DNA of 64,000 bases from Azolla caroliniana (GCA_043228905.1 JBHGNT010000016.1:17236001-17300000), one strand, 5' to 3'. Positions 24,561-39,041 are shown, numbered from the stretch's first letter. Made by a program: numbers and translations. The notes: generated from the letters alone by a model not told the origin.

Positions 24561-25462
24561 GTTTGAAGCTTTTAGCAAAGCTATAGGCTTATTGCCTTGT
24601 GGGGGCTGATCTGTCACTCCCTGTATGTGTTCACATCATTCGCTCCATGGGGTTTTGTTACACTTACGTTGTCGTAGTGTATTTAGTGTAATACACTACG
24701 TGAAAAACGTATATAGTACTAGATTCGGTAAATGTGAAGAAATAGAAAAATATATATATTACATGCATAGGGCAAGATTCGAACCTTATACCTCCATGTT
24801 AATAATATGAAGCTTACCATTACACCAACACATCATGAGTGTTTATGTAGATATCCCACATAAAAAGGTTTTCCAAGCATATTTTCTAGAAAAAGCTTTA
24901 GTTAGAAGAAAAAGGCATGATAAAAAAAAGCTACACATGCACATTTAGCATGCATAAACACTATAGTCAATAAAAAACGCATGAGGTTAAAAAAAGCATG
25001 ATCACTTTTAAAAAAAACATGGTAGGGAAAGCATATAGTCTATAGATAGATAAAGCATGGCGTCCATAGTTAGAGAAAAAGCATGTATTGTTAAGACTCT
25101 CTCATCACTATATAAGGATGTGGAGCACAATGTCATAAGGGGAAATAAATAAATAAATAAATAATGGAGTGATTATTAGGGTCTAAATATTGATTAATAT
25201 AATACTCGTGGGATTCACAAGCTTTTTGATCTCTCTTTTCCAATCTATTCCTATCGATTCCAATCGAATCCAAAGTATAATTAGGGTTAAATATTCATAA
25301 AACTAAAAAACTGTATTCGTGGGATTCATGAATTTCTATCTCTCTTTCTTATAATCTATTTATATTCTTATTAGCCTTAAAACTCAGCTCCTCTTCGTCC
25401 AAAACCCCAGTGGTTCCCACCTGACTCATGAAATGATCTGGCGCCGAAAGGCACGACACAGT

Positions 25463-25480
25463 TGGTGAACCCGACGTGAA
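25463..25480 (+). promoter_or_regulatory. Primer-binding site complementary to the tRNA-Trp 3' end
   Basis: TGGTGAACCCGACGTGAA is the complement of plant tRNA-Trp ...UUCACGUCGGGUUCACCA (from recalled sequence). Confidence 0.85.
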
Positions 25481-25806
25481 AACGGGCGGCAAGGAGATGG
25501 AGAATCAACAAGAGGTGATGAACACGATGATGATGATGTTCGAGCAAATGCTACAAGAACAACGACCAATGTCGGAGATCACGGGGCCAGTAAAGCGGCT
25601 AGTACAAAGAAACAGACAATTCAACGGAAAGGATGCGTCACGGTATCTATGTGACTACAAGTCAGAGATGATGCGATGTGGGATACCAAAAGGATTGCAA
25701 GTGATATCCTTCAATCGGGTGGTCACGGATGAATTGCAAGAGAGCATCCACAAGATACGCCAACAAAACCCGACGTGGTTGTCCTTCGAGGAAGCTATAT
25801 TGGAAG

Positions 25807-25868
25807 TGTTATTGTTAAGAATCGGATATGATTCTTGTGTAGCGGACTAGGTGTGAACTGTGTGTTTG

Positions 25869-25927
<59 letters not shown>

Positions 25928-28900
25928 GTAAGACACAGAGTATACCCAAGGTAAGAGTATATTAACAAAGGAGAAAGACTCAACTAAATACAAGGTGGGA
26001 GGAGGGTGCTTTATATAGTCACCCTCTCTCTTCATTAACTACAAGACTCGTGGAGCATGGGGAAGGTGAAAGCTCATAAGTTATGTGTCACAGAATATGA
26101 TTCTATGACTCATACTAAATGCTAGAATACAAAGAAGTGACATAATGGTGACTCTTGACCGTTGGAGTGTCTATTCACTCTCAAGGTGAGTTCACACACT
26201 AGACCAAGTTGAGCTCGATTCTCAACACGCCCCCTCAAGCTCAAGTCGGGTCGGTTTCAGACGGTATCCGAAATCTGCTTTGACTCGCGTCGACTCGCAT
26301 TTATGCGGAGTTGCGGAATCCGTGCTCCAACTTGCGTTGTGCATAGTTGCGAAGTCTGTGCTTTGGCTTGCGTCTTTCTTCACGGCTTTGCGCGGTAGAT
26401 CGACTCTTCGCGGCTTCATTGCATGGTTGCGTAATCCACGCGTTCTTGCGTAGTGTGTGCGGCTTGCGGAATCCAATCGGCCCAATCGGCGTCTATGTAC
26501 CCCTCGAGTCGTATTGGCATGGCGGTCTTGTAGAGGATGCCACAATCCATTGTGTTGCTCACGTATCGTAGAACTCGCTTAGCGCATTCCAAGTGAGTAT
26601 CACGCGGTGTTTGCATGAATTGGCTAAGGAGGTCGACTAGATAACTGAGATCGGGTCGTGTGATCATGAGGTAGATGAGACTCCCAATGAGTTGTCGATA
26701 CTGAGTCGGCTCACACGCTTTGGTGCTGTAGTTCGCATCGAGTTTGAGATTGCGATCGAGCGGGGTTGCCGCGCATTTGCACTCAGCCATCTTGAACTTG
26801 TATAACAAGTTGAGGATGTAGTGCCATTGAGAGATCATGATTCCGGCCGGAGTCTGAATTACCTTGATGCCAAGGAAGTAGTGGAGCTCCTTCATGTCCG
26901 TCATCTCGAACTTGTCGGAAAGGAGGGATTTGACCTTATTGATTTCGACGAGATGCTCACCTCCAATGACTAGGTCATCCACATATAAAATGATGACGAT
27001 CGGACTTGTGGAATCGCTTCATATGCAGAGGGAGTTGTCCAATTTTGACATATGGAAGCCGATTTGATGAAAATATTGCGTTATCTTCGAATGCCAAGCA
27101 TGCGGTGCTTGCTTGAGGCCGTAGAGTGGCTTCTTGAGTCGGCATACAGCTTTTGGATGGGTGCTCGAGTTGAAGCCGGGTGGTTGTATCATGTACACCT
27201 CCTCTTCTAATTCACCTTGTAGAAAGGCGTTCTTGACGTCCATTTGATGGAGGTGCCACCCTTTTGCGGCGGCAAGCGCAATTACGGTCCGCACCGTGGT
27301 CATCTTTGCCACCGGGGCAAAGGTCTCTTCGTAGTCGACGCCATGCGTCTGAGCGTATCCTTTCACTACGAGTCGAGCTTTGCAGTGGTTTACGGAGCCA
27401 TCGGCGTTATACTTCACCTTGTAGAGCCATCTGCATCCGATCGCCTTTTTGTGTGGTGAGGTGGGAACGAGATCCCACGTCTCGTTCTTGCATAGTGCCT
27501 GCATCTCCTCGTTCATGGCTTCGATCCATCGCGGATCCTTGGCTGCTTCGGAAAATGTTTCCGGTTCGCGTACTATCGCCACTTTCATCATAAAGGCATA
27601 GTGATATGCCAAGTAGTCATTGTAGCTGAATCGGCTGACCGGACTCTTTTCACGGGTGGAGCGATGGAGCTTTTCATTTGTAGAGATGAGGGCTTTCTTA
27701 GCTCCAATTGGTACATCGAAGCTGCCGAACTCACTGTTGAGTGAGTGAGTCGACTCATCATCGTCGAAGCGATCGTCTTCGTATTCCGCCATTTTCATCT
27801 TGCCTTTGTCCATCTTCGGGCAAGGCCGTGATGTGCTTTGATCACTCAAAGGCTCTTGTGGTCCGCTCAGTCGGGTCGTGATCGGACTTTCTTCGAACAT
27901 GCGCGTGAGGCGATCTTCATCCTCTATCTCTTGTTCGGTGGATTCCGGGTCGAGCGGAGTCAGAGTCGGAGTTGTCTTTGGTGCATACCAGGATGCAGAC
28001 TCGTTAAAAATGACGTCTCGACTTACTCAAGATTTTCGAGTTGAAGGGTTGTAGCACTTGTACCCCTTTTGCGCACTTGTACCCCTTTTTCTCCAGTGAG
28101 TATCCTACGAGGATATATTTCTCCGACTTCGGGTCAAGCTTTTGACGCTTCTCGTCGGGGATGTGCACGTACGCTATTGCGCCGAATATCCAGGTGTGCG
28201 ATAAGTCCGGCTTCTTTCCAAAGTATTTTTCGTGCGGAGTGACCTCGTGCATCGGTTCATTAGGTAGAAGGCCGTATTTGCAGCTTTGGCCCAATATGAC
28301 TTGGGCATATGCTTCTCAGTCATCATGGCCCGTGCTACTTCGAGGATGTGCCGATTTTTGCGCTCGGCTACTCCGTTTTGTTGCGGAGTGTGTCGGCAAG
28401 TGAATTCTCGCCGAATTCCTTCCTTCGGAGATACACCGTGAAATCGTCCGAGAAGTACTCCTCGCCGCCATCCGATTGAAGACAATGTACATGTCGGCCC
28501 GTGGCTTTCTTGACTTCATTCTTGAAACTTTGGAAGTGTCCAAACACTTCGCTCTTTTGCCGCATCGGGTATATCCAAGTGTGCTTGGAGGACGTAATAT
28601 CGGCATCCGCCAAAAGTAGCCATCTGCGCCAGTCCCCATATGTCGGAATGGACTACGTCGAGTAGACCTTTGCTCACGTTCCAATCTTTCGGGAATGGGT
28701 GTCGGTGTTGCTTGCTGAATTGGCACGCTTCGCATACACCTTCAATCTCCTTCTCTTTGAATATCGGGAGTCCGATGACGACTCCTTTCGATTTCATTGC
28801 TTTGAGTTTGTTGAGATTGATGTGGCTGATTCGCTTATGCCATAGCTCTATGTCAGAGTCGGCTTTCGTGGTTTTCGTCAACATGGCGGATTTCATCTCG

Positions 28901-30518
28901 TGTGAATCGAGAATGAACATCCGGCCCTCTCTTCTTTTGCATGCGATGATTCGGCCTTCTTTTTCGATGAAGGACCCTTCTTGGTCGAATCGTACTTGCA
29001 TCCCTTGCTCAACCATTTGGCTGACCGAGACCAAATTCTTCGTGATGGTGGGAACATGGAAGACATTTTTAATGTATGTTCGCTTACCTCTTTCGCCGAA
29101 CGGAACATTGCCGATGTGCCGAATCGGGTGCGTAGTGTCATCTCCGGTTTTGAAATAACCGGGTCGCTCCGGTTCTCGAAGTTCGAGAAACCATTCCTTA
29201 TGGGATGTCATATGGTTTGAGGCTCCGGAATCAACAAACCATACATCCTCCGGATTGAGGGCACTTGTTGAGGTAGAGGCCGACATAGAGTTTGCTCTAT
29301 GTTTCATCATGAACATTCCGCCACGGTCGGAGTTGCGTGCATACATTCCGCCACGATCTTCATAGTCGGAGTTGTTCCCGTACATTCCGCTATACTCTTC
29401 GTAGTCGGAATTGTGCGCGTAATTCGTGAGTTGTCGGCTTGTGGAAGCCGATTCACGCATCTTCTTTCGACACTCTTCTTCGTGGCGGCCGAAATTTCCG
29501 CAATATCCGCATTCGGTTGCGTTTTGACGGCTCGGGCCGGAGTGGGAGCTCCCCCTTCTTCCGAAGGTTCCTCGTTGGCTTCCGTTTTGTGGCCGAAATT
29601 GGGAGTTGTTGTCGTAGGTCGGACCTCGTCCGCCTTGTCCTTGGCCGAATCGGCCTCTTGCTCGTCCGCGTCCTCTTCCTCCGTTCGAGTGCGTGTAGAG
29701 CATGTGGCCTTCCGACTCATTGCTCCTTGTACACACATGGTTTTCTTCGACCAATAACATTGATTGGAGCTCGAAGAAGGAGGGAGATTTCTCCCATGCT
29801 AGAATGGCGGTTCGCATCGCACCGAACCGTGGTGCGAGGCCGCTGAGGCATATTTGAACCATCTCATCATCATCGATATTTACACTTATTGAGCCGAACG
29901 AATCGCAAAGCTCCTTGATCTTCGAGATGTATATCGTGATGGACATGTCCCTTTGTTGAATGTTGTTCAACTCTTGGCGGAGTTGAAACCTTCTTGCGGT
30001 CGTGTTCGCTGCGAAAATCTTTCGTAGATTTTCCCATGCCTCCTTCGGCGTCTTGGCTTCACGAATGTAGTCGAGCATGTGATCGTGAACACATGTCGCC
30101 AAGCAATACATCACGCGGCTTGCGGCTTGCTCCCATGTCGCACATCTGGGAGCCGCTTCGGCGGGTCGGTCTTCATGTGCTCCTTTGATGTAGCTCCAAT
30201 AGCCTTGTCTGACAAGGTATTGGTGCATCTTGTACTCCCAAGATGTGAAGTTGTTTCGATCCAACTTCTCGGTAGGGAGAGCGCTCCCCATTTGAGTATT
30301 CATTACGTCGATTCTTCTTCTTCTTCTTCTCTCTTCGAATGCGAGCTATGTAGCGAAGCTACGATAGTGATGAGCTAGTTCTTGGTCGTCGGCGTGGAGC
30401 ACAACACACGATCACGATGAGGCGAATGGGCTAGATCGAGCTACCAAATCGCTCTGATACCATGTAAAGAATCAGATATGATTCTTGTGTAGCGGAATAG
30501 GTGTGAACTGTGTGTGTG

Positions 30519-30567
<49 letters not shown>

Positions 30568-31336
30568 TAAGACATAGAATATATGCAAGGTAAGAGTATA
30601 TTAAAAAAGGAGAAAGAATCAACTAAATACAAGGGGGGAGGAGGGTGCTTTATATAGTCACCCTCTCTCTTCATTAACTACAAGACTCATGGAGCATGGG
30701 GAATGTGAAAGCTCATAAGTTATGTGTCATAGAATATGATTCTATGACTCATACTAAATGCTAGAATACAAAGAGGTGACATAATGGTGACTCTTGACCA
30801 TTGGAGTGTCTATTCATTCTCAAGGTGAGTTCACACACTAGACCAAGTTGAGCTTGATTGTCAGTAGTTACGATACGAGATGTACGAGTGATTGATAAGT
30901 GTGATAAGTGAGGGTGAAAGATGTAATGTGTTGATATGTATGTGTAATGTTATACGATTATGAGTGTGAATGTAAGTGTGAGTGTGGTGGATACAAAGAG
31001 GTGTGAGTGAGTCATTAGGTGTGACTAGGGGAATGCCCCTTTGTACCTATTTAACCCCTTATGGGGAATGAATGAATACAAGGAACATTTCTCTCTCAAT
31101 CTCTCAATCTCTCTCTCTCTCTCTCTCTCTCCTTACGTTGAACCCCTTGGCAGAGGGGTGGAGCCATTCTAGGCACCACCCCCCCACCCCGCAATGCTTC
31201 TCGATGCACACCATCTCTCTCACCATCAATCCCCTAACGCTCATCGTCCTTATCAAACACATAATCTCCATCACCAACCATCATTATCATAATCATACTA
31301 TCGTAATCCTCTACCCTAACCCTAAAACATACAACA
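25807..31336 (+). mobile_element. Solo LTR (~470 bp, split by Copia-A), copy 2
   Basis: TG at 25807, CA at 31336; TSD GGAAG (25802-25806) / GGAAC (31337-31341). Confidence 0.72.
25813..30866 (-). mobile_element. Copia-A, copy 2 (both LTRs visible)
   Basis: LTRs 25813-26227 and 30463-30866; PBS 30451-30462; TSD GTTAT/GTTAC; LTR pair visibly diverged. Confidence 0.95.
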
Positions 31337-33006
31337 GGAACCATATGATTAGGAGAGACAGAAGGGACGAGATCGACACGAGTTCGACGAATGGGTGGCA
31401 TCGGAGAAGACCCACCGAAGCGCAACACAAGCATTCCTAGAGTTTGAGCATCGTTTTGCTCGACTCTCGGAGCGGGAACAAAGATTTGTGTGGAAAAATA
31501 AAGTCCTAATGTTCGTAAAGTCGATCGATCGGAAGGAAAGAATGGACATCGGGATCAAACTTGAAGACGATGATGGTGCAAATGGTCTCACCGAGGATTG
31601 GGCCGAAGTCGAAAGAGTATGCCAAAGACATGATAAGAGGAAAACGAGAATCTCATTAGCAACAACATGGTCCATGAAGGATGGTTGATTAAGGATGAAC
31701 GATGTGGCTGATACAAAGACCGAAGTACGATACAAAGGTACGACAATAGAGGGCGTGGAAAAAGCTACCCTCTTGTCTTGCAAAAGAATGATGGCCAAGG
31801 ATAAGACCGATGACTTGAGAGTGGCGAACACCACTTCAAGGGTGGAAGAAGGTTTTGGGACACGAGTTTCCGAAACATTGAGTGAAAAAGGGGAAAGCAT
31901 AATTGATGCTTGCACGATCGAGGAGGGAAAGAGTATGAATCCTATGGAGTTGAAGAGATAGGCACAGATAACAACATCGAGGCGAAGGTGGCTAAGGATG
32001 ATTCGATGGAGGACGGTAATACCGAGGATTCCTTCCCACTAATTCAAGAGACTTCGGCAGTTGCATCTGAGACAGAAGAGACAGAAGGTGGCAGAGAGGA
32101 AACGAAGGTTGGAGCCAATGCATGTGACGGAGAGATAATCAAGAAGGTGGCTATGGATGAGTCAATGGCGGATGGCCGAGGCGAGACTTTCCAAACACTA
32201 ATTCTAGAGACTTCGGTAGTTGCATTTGAGAGGCAACGTGAGACCGGAGAGACGGAAGATGGCAGTGGGAAAGTGGAAGACCAAGACAATGTGAGCTATA
32301 AGCACGAGGTGATTGTGATTGATCAAAGACATAGGATTGTTAAGACTCTCTCATCACTATATAAGGATGTGGAGCACAATGGAATAAGGGGAAATAAATA
32401 ATGGGGTGATGATTATTAGGGTCCAAATATTGATTAATATAATACTTGTGGGATTCACGAGGTTTTTTATCTCTCTTTTCCAATCTATTCCTATCGATTC
32501 CAATCGAATCCAAGTATAATTAGGGTTAAATATTAATAAAACTAAAAAACTATATTCGTGGGATTCACAAATTTCTATCTCTCTTTCTTATAATCTATTT
32601 ATATTCTTATTAGCCTTAAAAATCTCCTCCTCCTAGTCCAAAACCCCAGCGGTTCCCACCCGACTCACGCAACGATCTGGCGCCGAAAGGCACGACAACA
32701 TGATCCTCGAGTAGCTTTGATGTGAACCTTTTTCCTATACATGGGCACTTTTTACTCTAGTGCTGGCAAGAGGTTTTTTCCCCATGTTACCATATACATG
32801 ACTCACTCATATGTGGTGGTACTTAGTACTTAGGGATATATAGTTCAACTCTTACTAGTTTTGTTTTATTCATTAATAGAGAGAGCTATTCCAGCCATTG
32901 TCTTCTCTATGGGAGTGCTACATTTGTGCTTCTTGTGTGTCTCTCACTCTTCCACACAACATTTGTGCTTCTTGTGTGTCTCTCACTCTTCCACACACAC
33001 CCAACA

Positions 33007-33735
33007 TCATTTGACTAGATGACCTTCGGGAAGACCAGTAGGATATGTCCCTATCATCGTTATAGTCATCTAATGCAATATCGGCTTGGAAAACAACACA
33101 TAATACATGATCGACACCTTGAAATCAACAATAAGAAGATAGCGGCTCAGCAAGAGCTGAACATTTTGCATATTTTTGAGGACTTCTAGTTGGAAATTTT
33201 TGTGGGTCCCACCATGCAAGGCACTATCCCACGGGCGTGCCATGTGTTGGCCGGGTAGGACAGACAAAGTGTGAAAGGGGCCGTAGGGACAAGCACAAGT
33301 CGTAACTAATATTGGTGGGGCCGGACAGATGGTTGATAGTAGGGGAGCTGACCAGGAATAGGGATGAGTCAGACAAACAAAAGTAACGTGTGTAAATAAT
33401 TAGATATAGTAGTAACAGATCACGTCCTTCTCGTAATCATCCATGTTTCCTATAAAAAGGGGCATGTAGTCTTGTAAAAAGCTATTGACGGTTTGTATTG
33501 AGTAGAAGTGTCTGTTTGCATAAGCTCTGTGTTTGAGCTCCGAGTCGTTCTTCCATTTACATTGTGAACTGGGGGGGTAAGCCGATCGGTTGTAGCTGAC
33601 TCAGGCCTAGCTTAGACGCGCATAGTGTAATCAGTCGGTCAGGTATCCTTTTGTGTGAGTATACCTTTACGTAAATCGGTGTAAAGTTTACTGTCCGTCA
33701 TGCAACCATTTAGTATTTCCCACCCTCCGACCACA
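33007..33735 (+). mobile_element. Old Gypsy 3' remnant plus LTR, copy 2
   Basis: Duplicate of 7039-7767. Confidence 0.65.
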
Positions 33736-34610
33736 ATACGTTGATAGGATACTTAGGGAATAAGTATTCGACCTGTGTTACTCGGGAGGAGTAATAGTCC
33801 CATGCATCTCCCCTTAACAAAGGCAGATCCCTCTTCGTCTAATCTCCGACAAGCACGAATCCTCAACCCTCCTTGACTCTTTGGTCAGAGATCCCTTAAA
33901 AAGAAAAACATAAGTACGTTTTCAATTATGTTATGTATTATGGCTTATGTTGTGAATTATTATTTTTGTGATTTGATTTATATGATTAGGGTATAGAATA
34001 TAACTAATATTATAAGAATGTGATTGAACCTTGGAATGGAAGATAATTTAGTATTACATTTTTAAATTTTTTCCAATTGATAACATTTTTCATTCTTAGT
34101 ATTTTAGGTTACATATTAAGTTGTTAAGCTCGGTTAAACAATGTTTTAGGCTACAACTAAAGTTGTTAAAATGATCAAAATCTAATATTCCCATGACTAC
34201 AGTGATAAAGAGTATTGGAGTTATAAATGTCAGAAACGTTACAAACATATAATAGGGGGCCCAGTAAAAGCTAAGCTTGGAGTTATTGTCATGGGTTCAA
34301 CTTTGACAGAAGGCAAATTTCAAACTAGTTTAATATGTAAATATCTTAAAATAAAGCAAATAGTTGAGAATGAGTATGCATGAAAAGTTGGATAAAATCA
34401 ACATAAATAAATCATTTTGGATCGCCATTTTGTCATGATTCACGTTTTCAAGGAGGATAAATATAAAGTAGAAAGATCATTGAGAGCACTTTCTCGGGCC
34501 TCTAACTTAAAACAAGTGGGGTTATTATATAGAACATTACACATGTGTGAGATATGTATAGGAGAGACAATGGTGATGGAGCGGGTAGATATGAAGAATA
34601 ATAGGAAGGA

Positions 34611-35819
34611 GTGCCATGGCTGTTGCTGCGGCCGAATGGTTCAAGATGTTTCCTCATCCAGGGTCCCGTAGCTACCATCATATTCAATGCTCCTGCAACT
34701 AAGCACGAATTCATAGGATACCTGAAATTCATGGAGAACGCAACACCACCTTCTCTAACCAAAACCCATCGAAATAGGAGTATCAGTAGGTGTCTTTGTG
34801 CTTATTATCGCCGTATTCGTGGGTGGAGGATATGTGCACAGGAGACGAAGATTACAAGCCAGAAGAAGGGAAGATTATGAGATCGAAAAGGAGCTCCTCG
34901 GCGACTCAATTCTGGGCTCGACGATTCACATGGAAGGAGATGCACGAATACACGTGTGGCTTCTCGGACCTGCTCGGGGGCGGTGGTTTCGGCAATGTCT
35001 TCCGAGGAGCTATGGACGATGGCACGCCAATTTCCGTGAAGCAACTCATCAATGGAGGTCTACAAGGGAATAAAGAGTTCATAGCCGAGGTCTCAATTCT
35101 GGGCCGGACTCACCACCTTCAACTTGTTCGCTTGGTTGGCTACTGCCTGGAAGGTGGCACGGACAAGCTCCTAGTGTATGAATACATGGAAAACGGCTCA
35201 TTGGATGCTTGGATCTTCAGTAAAACCCCCAATGTGGCTCCAGAATCCGAGGAGATTAAGGCCGATAAGAAGCGGAGACCGATCTTGCCATGGGAGTGGA
35301 GGTTCGACATAACCCTGGGTACCGCAAAAGGGTTGGCCTACTTGCACGAAGAATGTGAGGACAGGATCATACACATGGATCTCAAGCCGCAGAATATACT
35401 CTTGGGAGCTGATTTCTTCCCTAAGATATCGGATTTCGGGATGTCGCGGAGGGTGGTACGGGACGAACAGAGTGCGGTAGTGACGATGATGAGGGGAACC
35501 CCCGGGTACTTGGTGCCCGAGTGGCTAACAGACGGGGCCCGATCCTAAGAGCCTGCCGAGCATGAGCAGTGTGGTGGAGATGCTGGAAGGAAAGGTGGAG
35601 ATCATACCCCATGGCCCCATTGATGACAACGACCAGATGGGGCTCTTAATTCCGAGTGAGAAGATAGGGCTAGAAGAACTAGAGCTAGATGGAGAGTCTT
35701 GGAAATCCGGGGGCAACTCGATGATGATGAGTAAGTCGAGGAAATCGATTTTCAGTAGCAAGACATCATATAAATATATGGAAATCTCGAGGTCCCAGGA
35801 ATACATGGATTCACTCTAG
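34611..35819 (+). pseudogene. S-domain non-RD receptor-like kinase pseudogene, copy 2
   Basis: Duplicate of 8643-9851 with the same lesions. Confidence 0.9.
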
Positions 35820-38289
35820 CTCACTCATCATTTATATAAGAAAAAATAAGAAGAAAAACATAGTGATTGTGATGGACTATTCAATTAACGCTCACGATAT
35901 TACTAAGGTATAATAATAATTGTAAAAGGCTTCTTCCAAATTGCAATATTCATCCATCAAAACTCCTTTTGTCCTATTTCCACAACCTAAGAAACTATTT
36001 GGGAAAACGACCGTCAAAAACTAATTGACAAGTACACACAACTAAATGACATGGTTTCTATTTTCCCTTCATTTCCGTTTATTAGATATCGGTATGAAAA
36101 AATACATAGAAAACCCTATTCTATTTCGGGTACACTCGTCTTGCAAAATGATTGACAATGTCAATCTCTAAATTTTCTTCACCGTCATAGTCGAATAACT
36201 AAACCCCAAGTTTACAACAAACTTCGTTTCAAGTGAAAACATTTTCGCCAGACATCTAAAAGCAAAGGATATTGGCATCCATGGATGTTTGGAGCACATC
36301 TCCTTCCAATTACATCGGAATGAACCACCTTTGATATTTGTTTCTTCTTGTCCTACTTCTACCTTGACTTAGTACTAAGAAGAAGGTATGAAGATTTACC
36401 TATATGTGTGAGCAATGCGTAAAATTGATGGAGAAGAGAAGTCTGCCACAAATAACAGAAGTTGGTTGTGGTGCTCGTTGAGATCAACAATGTCTCAAGC
36501 ACAAAACCAAAGAACAAGTAAACGCCCTCGGATGTCAGGCTTCAAAGCAACTCAATGTGGTGTAGAAACTATGGTTGGGGTAGCACGCTTCACACCCACA
36601 TTTAAACCCTTTGACCTCCCGCGTCATTTCGAGAAAGTTGGATGGAAATGAAACTAGGTCTAGTATAATGTCATTTCCTTTATAGAATATGTTATTCCAT
36701 AACATGCATTGTACAATACTAGAACTCATTTGGCTTATGTTCTATTTTAGTTTCGATGATCAGGTAAACACCCATTTTTTGTTGTAAACCAATTTTCTCA
36801 TGGGCCAATTTTAATCTTCGAAGACGTTACTATATCTTTCTTTCTCTGCCTCTTTGTTTTCCCTTAGTCTCTCTATGTTTCTTTCACGTTGTTTTCACTC
36901 TCAAATTTTTTTATTTTTTCAACCAAAAAGTGGAAAGGGTTTTTGTTTCTTTTTTATTATTACTCTGTACCCCTTGGTAGTGGCATAGGAACAATAAGTA
37001 AAAGGTAGACCAACATTCACACAAATGATCCCTACCTTTTTACTTATAGCATTTTAGTTACGAGTTCCACTTGAGTAGAAAATCCCTACTCAAATATTGA
37101 ATTAAATTTCCTTCCTCTAAGAAACATTGAACTAAATCTCCTCCCTCTTGTATAAAGCTTTTGCATATAGAACTATTCTTACTGTTTTTGGCCTTTCAAT
37201 ATAAGTGTATCTGGCACTTTGAATATAAACTTGTTTGTGCCTTTTAATATAAGTAGGCAAGGTGTACATTTTTTAGTTTTGAATGAATATCCAACAAAAG
37301 CATAGAATGGGATACACAAACAATCCTAGGGACTCCACTATATGTACTAAGATTGTATCATGTGCATTCATGACATCATTTATAAACCAATTATACATAT
37401 GTTTTTTACTATTGTATTGACCCTTTTGTAGAAAAAAGATTAATAAAAATACCCCTTATTAGCAATATCTTTTTTGATAACCCCATTTTTTAAATGCCCT
37501 AAGATATAAAATATACGTACACAGATAGTTTCCAATCCTAGAAGGCATCAATGACCCTCTTTACAATTGATGACTTTCAAAATTATGAATGAACATTAAC
37601 ATTATATGCAAATCCTTAGGAATGCTTCACAAGGTACCACATAAATTGAAAACACAATGTGTAAAGTACAAAGTAATGCACATACAATTAGGAAACATTA
37701 CCCACAAACACTAGAGGTATAACATACATAAGTGACATAAATGTTTATTTTATAGATTATTGAGACATATGAAGAATGTAAAGTGATAAAAAACAATGTA
37801 ACTTACAAAAAACAATCTTGAACTTGACATATATATCTCAAAGACCACACATAGAACAATCCAAATGAATATCAATGTTGAAATTACTAACAAATTAACA
37901 TTACAGTTGTTTCATGGATAGACTCAAAAGTAGACACAGCATCTTGTTTTCGCAAATATATTGATCAAACAAATGACAACATAACTTATATTTCCATTTG
38001 AAATGTATGACATCATCTGTGCACATATTTCTTACCAAATCAAAATGAAATAAAATAGACCATTTGGTTATTGAATGTCTACTTCAAAAACTTATTACAA
38101 TAAAGGTAACCCTCATAAAGACCAACAATATAAATAGAAAAACCTAAAAAGTTGATTTCAGGTTGTAAATTTCATGTTGTTTCCATGTTCAATGTTGGAC
38201 CTATATTATGGCATTTAACAACAAAGGCAAACAATCTAAATATACATGGAAGTTGGCCCAAACATGGGCGTCAACCTTACCATCTTTGG

Positions 38290-39038
38290 ATGAGGATCCT
38301 AACGTGGAATGTACAAGGCCTTGCTGGAGGCCGACAACACCAAGAGTGCTGAAGACTTCGGGAGGAGTTGAATCCCATTAATATTGGGGGCAACATTGAC
38401 ATATTGCTTTTGCAGCAACACCACCTCTCTCAAGAGAGAGCTTAGAGCCTAGTAAACCCCTTGTCGAGCGGGTGGACCACGTGGTGGTCGGCTGCACAGG
38501 GTGACCTCCACCAAAGGGTAGGGTTCTACGATCAACAATAAGGCCTGATATAAAGTAACATCACATCGCACGCTAGTGGTGGGTAGAGCCTTATATGTGC
38601 TTTTAAATAGGAATCTCCTACAGATTGGGGTGCTACACATTTTTGCCCCTAACTCATCCCCCGAGAGAGCAATCTTCTGGAGGTTGTTAGTGACAACATT
38701 ACTTGATACATAAGCCTGGGTAATGGCCGATGATTTCAACATGGCTGAGAACCTGGGAGATAGGAAAGGGGGACCCAAAGATTGATTCATTCTAGTGACG
38801 GGATATCACTTTCCCATTCAATTTCAAAAAACTCTCGTGAGAGACCATGGGGGTTGAGGGATGTTCCTCTCCGCAATTCCCAGAGCGCTTCCGAGAGTTC
38901 TAATCGAGAAATGGGGGTATCAAGAACAATTTCCATTTCTTGGGTTGCCTTGGGGTGAATGCAAGTCATCACCCTATCATCCAGCTCCGTGGTTTGCCTC
39001 ACATGCATAGGTGCGAGTAGATCTTGATAGTATTGCAT
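38290..39038. mobile_element. LINE endonuclease (+) and inverted linker (-) remnants, copy 2
   Basis: Duplicate of 12322-13070. Confidence 0.78.
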
Positions 39039-39041
39039 TTC

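Larger units (their letters stand above)
24670..32697 (+). mobile_element. Gag-only (TR-GAG-like) LTR element, tRNA-Trp primed, carrying a nested solo LTR and Copia-A
   Basis: 5' LTR 24670-25458 (TGTCGT...ACGACA); PBS 25463-25480; gag ATG 25497 (FNGKDASRYL..TWLSFEEAILE), resuming at 31342; truncated 3' LTR 32338-32697; flanks ACGT/ACAT. Confidence 0.8.
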
